From the IMG/VR virus record IMGVR_UViG_3300042141_000279: a stretch of 20,000 bases of DNA, one strand, 5' to 3'. Every line of letters starts with the position of its first letter. The first letter of the stretch is position 1. Of this stretch, positions 16,540-20,000 are shown one piece after another. The translations under genes and the position numbers were made by a program. Below the pieces are notes generated by a model, which saw only the letters and a list, made by a program, of their open reading frames with translations, did no database searches and was not told the origin of the DNA. The stretch comes from an uncultured virus (IMG/VR IMGVR_UViG_3300042141_000279) (taxonomy: Duplodnaviria; Heunggongvirae; Uroviricota; Caudoviricetes).

Positions 16540-18060
16540 TCAGAACACCATCAGTTCGGGTTCTTCTTCGGGGCCGCGGGCCTCGCCGGCTGCCAAGCCG
16601 AGGGCCATGATCAAAGCCACCGCGGCGTCGATGCGTGCGGTCGACTTCGAGTGAGCCTTGGTCGGCTTGATGTTGCCCGCGTCGTCCATCTTGACCTGCA
16701 TATTGGAGACGTGGAGGGCGAGGGCGGGGTTCATTCCGTGCCGTATTTTGCGGCTCAACGTGAGCGCTTCGAGCGCCTTCGTGGGCGCGCTCATGGAGGC
16801 GTATCCCTGCCCATACGGCTTGACGTCGACTCCTTCTGCGACCAGTTGCGTGGTGATATGCACGGCATTCCAGCGGTCGATAGCCACGCCGCGAACCGCA
16901 TTCTTCTCGCAAAACGAGAGAACGTAGTCGCGCACCACGTCGTAATCAGTCACGCTACCCTCTGTAATTGTACAGAATCCGTCCTTCGCCCACTGACGGT
17001 ACGGCGCCTCGTCGCGGTCGGCGCCCTCCTCTGGCACGAAGATGTGGGCGAACGCATCGAACGTCCCGTCGTGGACGCCGTACTCGTCGAGGCCCGGCCA
17101 GACCGCCGCGAACGCCGTGGTGTCGCTCGTGCTCGAGAGGTCGAGGCCGCAGTAGCACGGCCGCGTCTCCGCCGGCCGGAGCGGCTCGCCGCAGGCTTCC
17201 CACAAGCCTGTGCGGAAGAAACGATTCGCCCCGTTGCTCACCCACTGGTTCAGGTAGAGCGTGCGGAATTTCATCTCTTGAGCGACGCTCTCGCGGGCGA
17301 GGGCGGCCTCCCGCTCCATGAATTCCTTCCGCACGGTGATGCCGTAGTTCGGCTGGGCAGCCCGCCACGTCTCCTCCGAGAACGGGTCGGCGTCGTCATC
17401 GGCCGCGTAGATGCACGGCAGGAACGTGGGGTCGTTGATCAGGCCGTCGCGGACCTTCAGTGCCCGCTGCCACTCGTCGTAACAGGGGCCGACGCGGTCC
17501 ATGCCGGCCGTCGTGATGTAGATGACAAGCGGCTCGTCCCGGGCACCCATGCCGCTCTCGAGGACGTCGATCAGGTCGCGGTTCTTTTGCACATGGAACT
17601 CATCGACGATGACTACAGAGGGGTTGAAGCCGTGCTTTCCCTTGTGTTCGCTCGAGAGGAACTGGATCGTCGACTTGTTGTGCGGCATGACGATCGACTG
17701 CTTGTATATCTTGCAGCGACGGTGCAGGCCGGGGCAGGATTCGATGTATCTCGAGCACGCCGTGAACAGGAGGCTGGCCTGCTTGCGGTCGCCGGCCGCG
17801 ATGAGAATCTGGCCGCCGTCGGCACCGAAGAACGCCTCGTAGGCGCCGATGACCGCGGACAGGGCCGTTTTGCCCTGTTTTCGCGCGAGGGCGAGCAAGG
17901 ACCGCTGGTACTGTCGCTTCCCGTCGGGCCGCTTGGTGTTGAACAAGCGGTCGAGATATTCATCCTGCCACGGCTCAGGAATGAACGGCTGGCCGGCGAA
18001 CGGCGCTTCCGTGTGCTTCAGGAGGCGAGCGAATTCGCGAATATCAACCCGACGCGGCAT
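16540..18060 (-). CDS. terL: Terminase large subunit
   Basis: PWQ motif, Walker A ARKQGKT, Walker B VVIVDEFH, coupling motif ITTAG, nuclease GLDLSSTSD and RIDAAVA. Start at ATG 18060 is probable (ORF track gives 18075). Confidence 0.97.
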   Translation of the reverse strand: MPRRVDIREFARLLKHTEAPFAGQPFIPEPWQDEYLDRLFNTKRPDGKRQYQRSLLALARKQGKTALSAVIGAYEAFFGADGGQILIAAGDRKQASLLFTACSRYIESCPGLHRRCKIYKQSIVMPHNKSTIQFLSSEHKGKHGFNPSVVIVDEFHVQKNRDLIDVLESGMGARDEPLVIYITTAGMDRVGPCYDEWQRALKVRDGLINDPTFLPCIYAADDDADPFSEETWRAAQPNYGITVRKEFMEREAALARESVAQEMKFRTLYLNQWVSNGANRFFRTGLWEACGEPLRPAETRPCYCGLDLSSTSDTTAFAAVWPGLDEYGVHDGTFDAFAHIFVPEEGADRDEAPYRQWAKDGFCTITEGSVTDYDVVRDYVLSFCEKNAVRGVAIDRWNAVHITTQLVAEGVDVKPYGQGYASMSAPTKALEALTLSRKIRHGMNPALALHVSNMQVKMDDAGNIKPTKAHSKSTARIDAAVALIMALGLAAGEARGPEEEPELMVF

Positions 18061-18532
18061 CGTCGAACATTGCATCCACGGGGTCGTTGACCACCTTCAC
18101 CGCTCCGTACCCGAGGCGGGTGCGGTCGGCGGGGGTCAGCCCGAGGACGGTCTCCAACTGCCGGAGTTGGTCGTGGCAGTGGTTGCTCTGCGACTGCCAC
18201 TTGGTCGGCCGGCAGAATCGCAGGGAGCCGTCGGGGGCTAGAACCTCCCTCCAGCATTCGCCGGTTTTGGCGAGATGCTGCTCGGCTTCCTGCCATTTGT
18301 CCCAAGTGATCGCATAGCGGGCGATCACCTGCACGTCCGACTCGGCCAGCGTGCCCATGTTCTGGGCGAACTGGCAGACGAGCGTGAACATGGCTTTCGC
18401 CGCGGGGCGAAGCCACTCCGGCGGCTCCGGCAACGCCGCCATCTTGGTGCCAAGTTCCTCGCGGTACTTGGCCTCCTTCGATCCTCGCATCTGGAGGATG
18501 TGCTTCGGCGTTGGTGCTGGGCCTTTTGCCAT
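18044..18532 (-). CDS. terS: Terminase small subunit, P27-like (162 aa)
   Basis: Start at ATG 18532: MAKGPAPTPKHILQMRG...PEPPEWL...LAESD...IARYA...LGLTPADRTRL, the P27-type pattern. Overlaps terL. Confidence 0.92.
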   Translation of the reverse strand: MAKGPAPTPKHILQMRGSKEAKYREELGTKMAALPEPPEWLRPAAKAMFTLVCQFAQNMGTLAESDVQVIARYAITWDKWQEAEQHLAKTGECWREVLAPDGSLRFCRPTKWQSQSNHCHDQLRQLETVLGLTPADRTRLGYGAVKVVNDPVDAMFDDAASG

Positions 18533-18539
18533 GCCATGA

Positions 18540-18569
18540 AGTCTAGTTGGGACGCCTACCCGGGTGCAA
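18540..18569 (-). promoter_or_regulatory. Putative promoter for terS: TTGCAC-N18-TAGACT, probably leaderless transcript
   Basis: The -10-like hexamer ends 7 nt before the ATG, and there is no SD upstream of terS. Confidence 0.5.
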
Positions 18570-18750
18570 ACCAGTCCAGCGTCAGCGGCCACGCAGGAGG
18601 CTCGAGGAGCGAAAAGCCCGAAACCAGCAAAAAGGTAGCACCGCCGCGAACGTACGCGACGGGGAACGTGCGGTCTGCTTTTGAAACCCCCCGGAACGGT
18701 GGCCCCCCCTTCGTGGGGTACTATAACTTTCAGGCCCCCGGCGGACACTT

Positions 18751-18780
18751 TGTACGCTTGCAAATTTGCACAAGCGTACA
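18751..18780. repeat. 30-bp near-perfect palindrome
   Basis: TGTACGCTTG-CAAATTTGCA-CAAGCGTACA: perfect 10-bp arms, with an inner palindrome TGCAAATTTGCA. Confidence 0.85.
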
Positions 18781-18800
18781 CTAGTGCAGGCTACTGCCGA

Positions 18801-18849
18801 CCACAATATGTGGGGGTCGTGGATCGGCCTGACCCACTACATTTTGTGT
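18801..18849. promoter_or_regulatory. Two tandem NrdR-box-like operators
   Basis: CCACAATATGTGGGGG (18801-18816) and CCACTACATTTTGTGT (18834-18849) versus consensus acaCwAtATaTwGtgt; 33 bp apart. Confidence 0.5.
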
Positions 18850-18852
18850 GGC

Positions 18853-18879
18853 TTGACGAGCGCGGAATGCCGATACAAT
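18853..18879 (+). promoter_or_regulatory. Putative sigma70-like promoter TTGACG-N15-TACAAT
   Basis: Good hexamers ~50 nt upstream of the ATG at 18932, but the spacer is short. Confidence 0.4.
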
Positions 18880-18931
18880 GGCAACACGTCGGCCGATGGT
18901 ACGGACGACGAAACAACCGAGGATTCCAACG

Positions 18932-19729
18932 ATGGCACGTATCGTAAAAGCGCCTCACCGTCCGCTGGGAGTTGTACTTCATCGCGGATCGTCCGCATTC
19001 ACCCGTCAGCCGTTCGTCGTGATCGCGGTCCTAGGGCGGTCGAGCAACTCTAAAACCGGCGACATGGTGCAGGTCTACATTCTGGCAGATAAAGCCGCAA
19101 AACCCACCGAAACCCTTAAAACCGGCGACGACGAGACCGTATGCGGGGACTGCCCGCTTCGTGGCATCATGGGACGCATGCGAACCTGCTACGTCAACCT
19201 CGGACAAGGGCCGCGGACCGTGCACGACGCATACCGCCGCGGACGGTATCCGGATTATTCCGCGGACGCTCACGACCGATACTTTTGCGGCCGGAAAATC
19301 CGTTGGGGCGCCTATGGCGAGCCGGTTCTAATCCCTCTTCCGATCGTGGCACACTTATCCGCGATCGCGGACGGATGGACGGGATACACCCACCAGCATC
19401 GTCGGCCGGAATTCCAGCCATACCGCGCCTACTTCATGGCAAGCGTCCACAGTGTGCAGGAAGGCACGGACGCAGTCCGCCGCGGATGGCGGTATTTCCG
19501 CGCATGTAACGACGGGCAGCGTGCGCCCGGTGAGATTGTGTGCCCAGCGAGTGACGCCGGCGGATGGCGGCGGGATTGCACGACCTGCGACGCCTGCCGC
19601 GGCGCAGGCAATCGTGCGGTCGGTGACCGGCTGCCCGTGTCGGTCGTGATTGCAACGCATGGCGGATTCGGCACGATGCACGCCGCGCGGTCGAATGCGG
19701 TTCTAGGCGGCCTCCCGATCGTGTCGTGA
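18932..19729 (+). CDS. Cys-rich phage protein, Gp88-like / radical-SAM-like Fe-S protein (265 aa)
   Basis: ATG 18932 with GAGGA upstream. Motifs SSNSKTG, CGDCPL...CYV, IRWGAYGEP, WTGYTHQ, FMASV, CPAS...CTTCDAC and VVIATHG. Confidence 0.7.
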   Translation: MARIVKAPHRPLGVVLHRGSSAFTRQPFVVIAVLGRSSNSKTGDMVQVYILADKAAKPTETLKTGDDETVCGDCPLRGIMGRMRTCYVNLGQGPRTVHDAYRRGRYPDYSADAHDRYFCGRKIRWGAYGEPVLIPLPIVAHLSAIADGWTGYTHQHRRPEFQPYRAYFMASVHSVQEGTDAVRRGWRYFRACNDGQRAPGEIVCPASDAGGWRRDCTTCDACRGAGNRAVGDRLPVSVVIATHGGFGTMHAARSNAVLGGLPIVS

Positions 19730-20000
19730 GGGAGACGGGCGAGCGACCGCCGTCCATGTCGTCCGCTCGATCTCCTCCGGCAGCCGCTGGCGCCGAGGGA
19801 GACGGGCGAGCGACCGCCGTCCATGTCGTCCGCTCGATCTCCTCCGGCAGCCGCTGGCGCCGAGGGAGACGGGCGAGCGACCGCCGTCCATGTCGTCCGC
19901 TCGATCTCCTCCGGCAGCCGCTGGCGCCGAGGGAGACGGGCGAGCGACCGCCGTCCATGTCGTCCGCTCGATCTCCTCCGGCAGCCGCTGGCGCCGAGGG
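19728..20000. repeat. Perfect 67-bp tandem repeat array (4 full copies plus start of a 5th; continues past window)
   Basis: Unit GAGGGAGACGGGCGAGCGACCGCCGTCCATGTCGTCCGCTCGATCTCCTCCGGCAGCCGCTGGCGCC starts at 19728, 19795, 19862, 19929 and 19996. Confidence 0.97.

Noticed and set aside
5349..18090. Long plus-strand ORFs (5349..6545, 7051..8475, 11238..12719, 13052..14449, 16318..18090 and others)
   Set aside because: Antisense shadows of well-supported, GC3-biased minus-strand genes; no recognisable motifs.
7963..18781. Longer ORF-track starts (8196, 9616, 10250, 10855, 12728, 18781)
   Set aside because: Downstream starts (7962, 9229, 10076, 10801, 12698, 18532) fit SD positions, stop/start overlaps and family-typical N-termini better.
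18869..18876. GCCGATAC as a sigma28 -10 element
   Set aside because: No TAAA-like -35 at the expected distance.
19429..19958. Minus-strand ORFs beginning MDGGRSPVSL in the repeat
   Set aside because: They arise because the GC-rich 67-bp unit lacks stop codons and cycles through frames; they also run antisense into the Gp88-like gene.
19728..20000. CRISPR array
   Set aside because: Units are identical over the full 67 bp with no unique spacers, and there are no cas genes in the window.
1..20000. Gene transfer agent, host identity, or prophage boundaries
   Set aside because: A full P27-type terminase pair and long TMP fit a bona fide phage. No integrase, att site, tRNA or host genes are visible, so lifestyle and host cannot be assigned.

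Overview
GC-rich tailed-phage (Caudoviricetes, HK97/lambda-type siphovirus-like) virion morphogenesis module, almost all on the minus strand. Reading from ~18.5 kb towards position 1: terminase small and large subunits, portal, an unusually long multi-domain prohead protease, major capsid protein, a probable capsid decoration protein, a GT-A-type glycosyltransferase embedded in the head genes, a small head protein, head-tail adaptor, two paralogous beta-rich proteins, head closure, HK97-gp10-like and tail terminator proteins, three tandem paralogous short tail-tube-like genes, a tail assembly chaperone pair joined by a -1 frameshift (G GGA AAC), tape measure protein, and two downstream tail genes (the last truncated). 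A ~400 bp non-coding region upstream of terS carries a probable cos/packaging signal, a palindrome, divergent promoters and two NrdR-box-like motifs. Next is a divergent Cys-rich Gp88-like (radical-SAM-like) gene. A perfect 67-bp hairpin-forming tandem array starts at that gene's stop codon and runs off the window. Best leads: (i) GGA-loop hairpins (CsrA/RsmA-type) in the capsid, glycosyltransferase and tail-tube leaders, plus a GGA-loop repeat array that could act as a CsrB-like sponge; (ii) probable virion glycosylation; (iii) a protease fused to four accessory modules; (iv) triplicated tail-tube genes. All family assignments come from motif recognition and gene order, without database searches.
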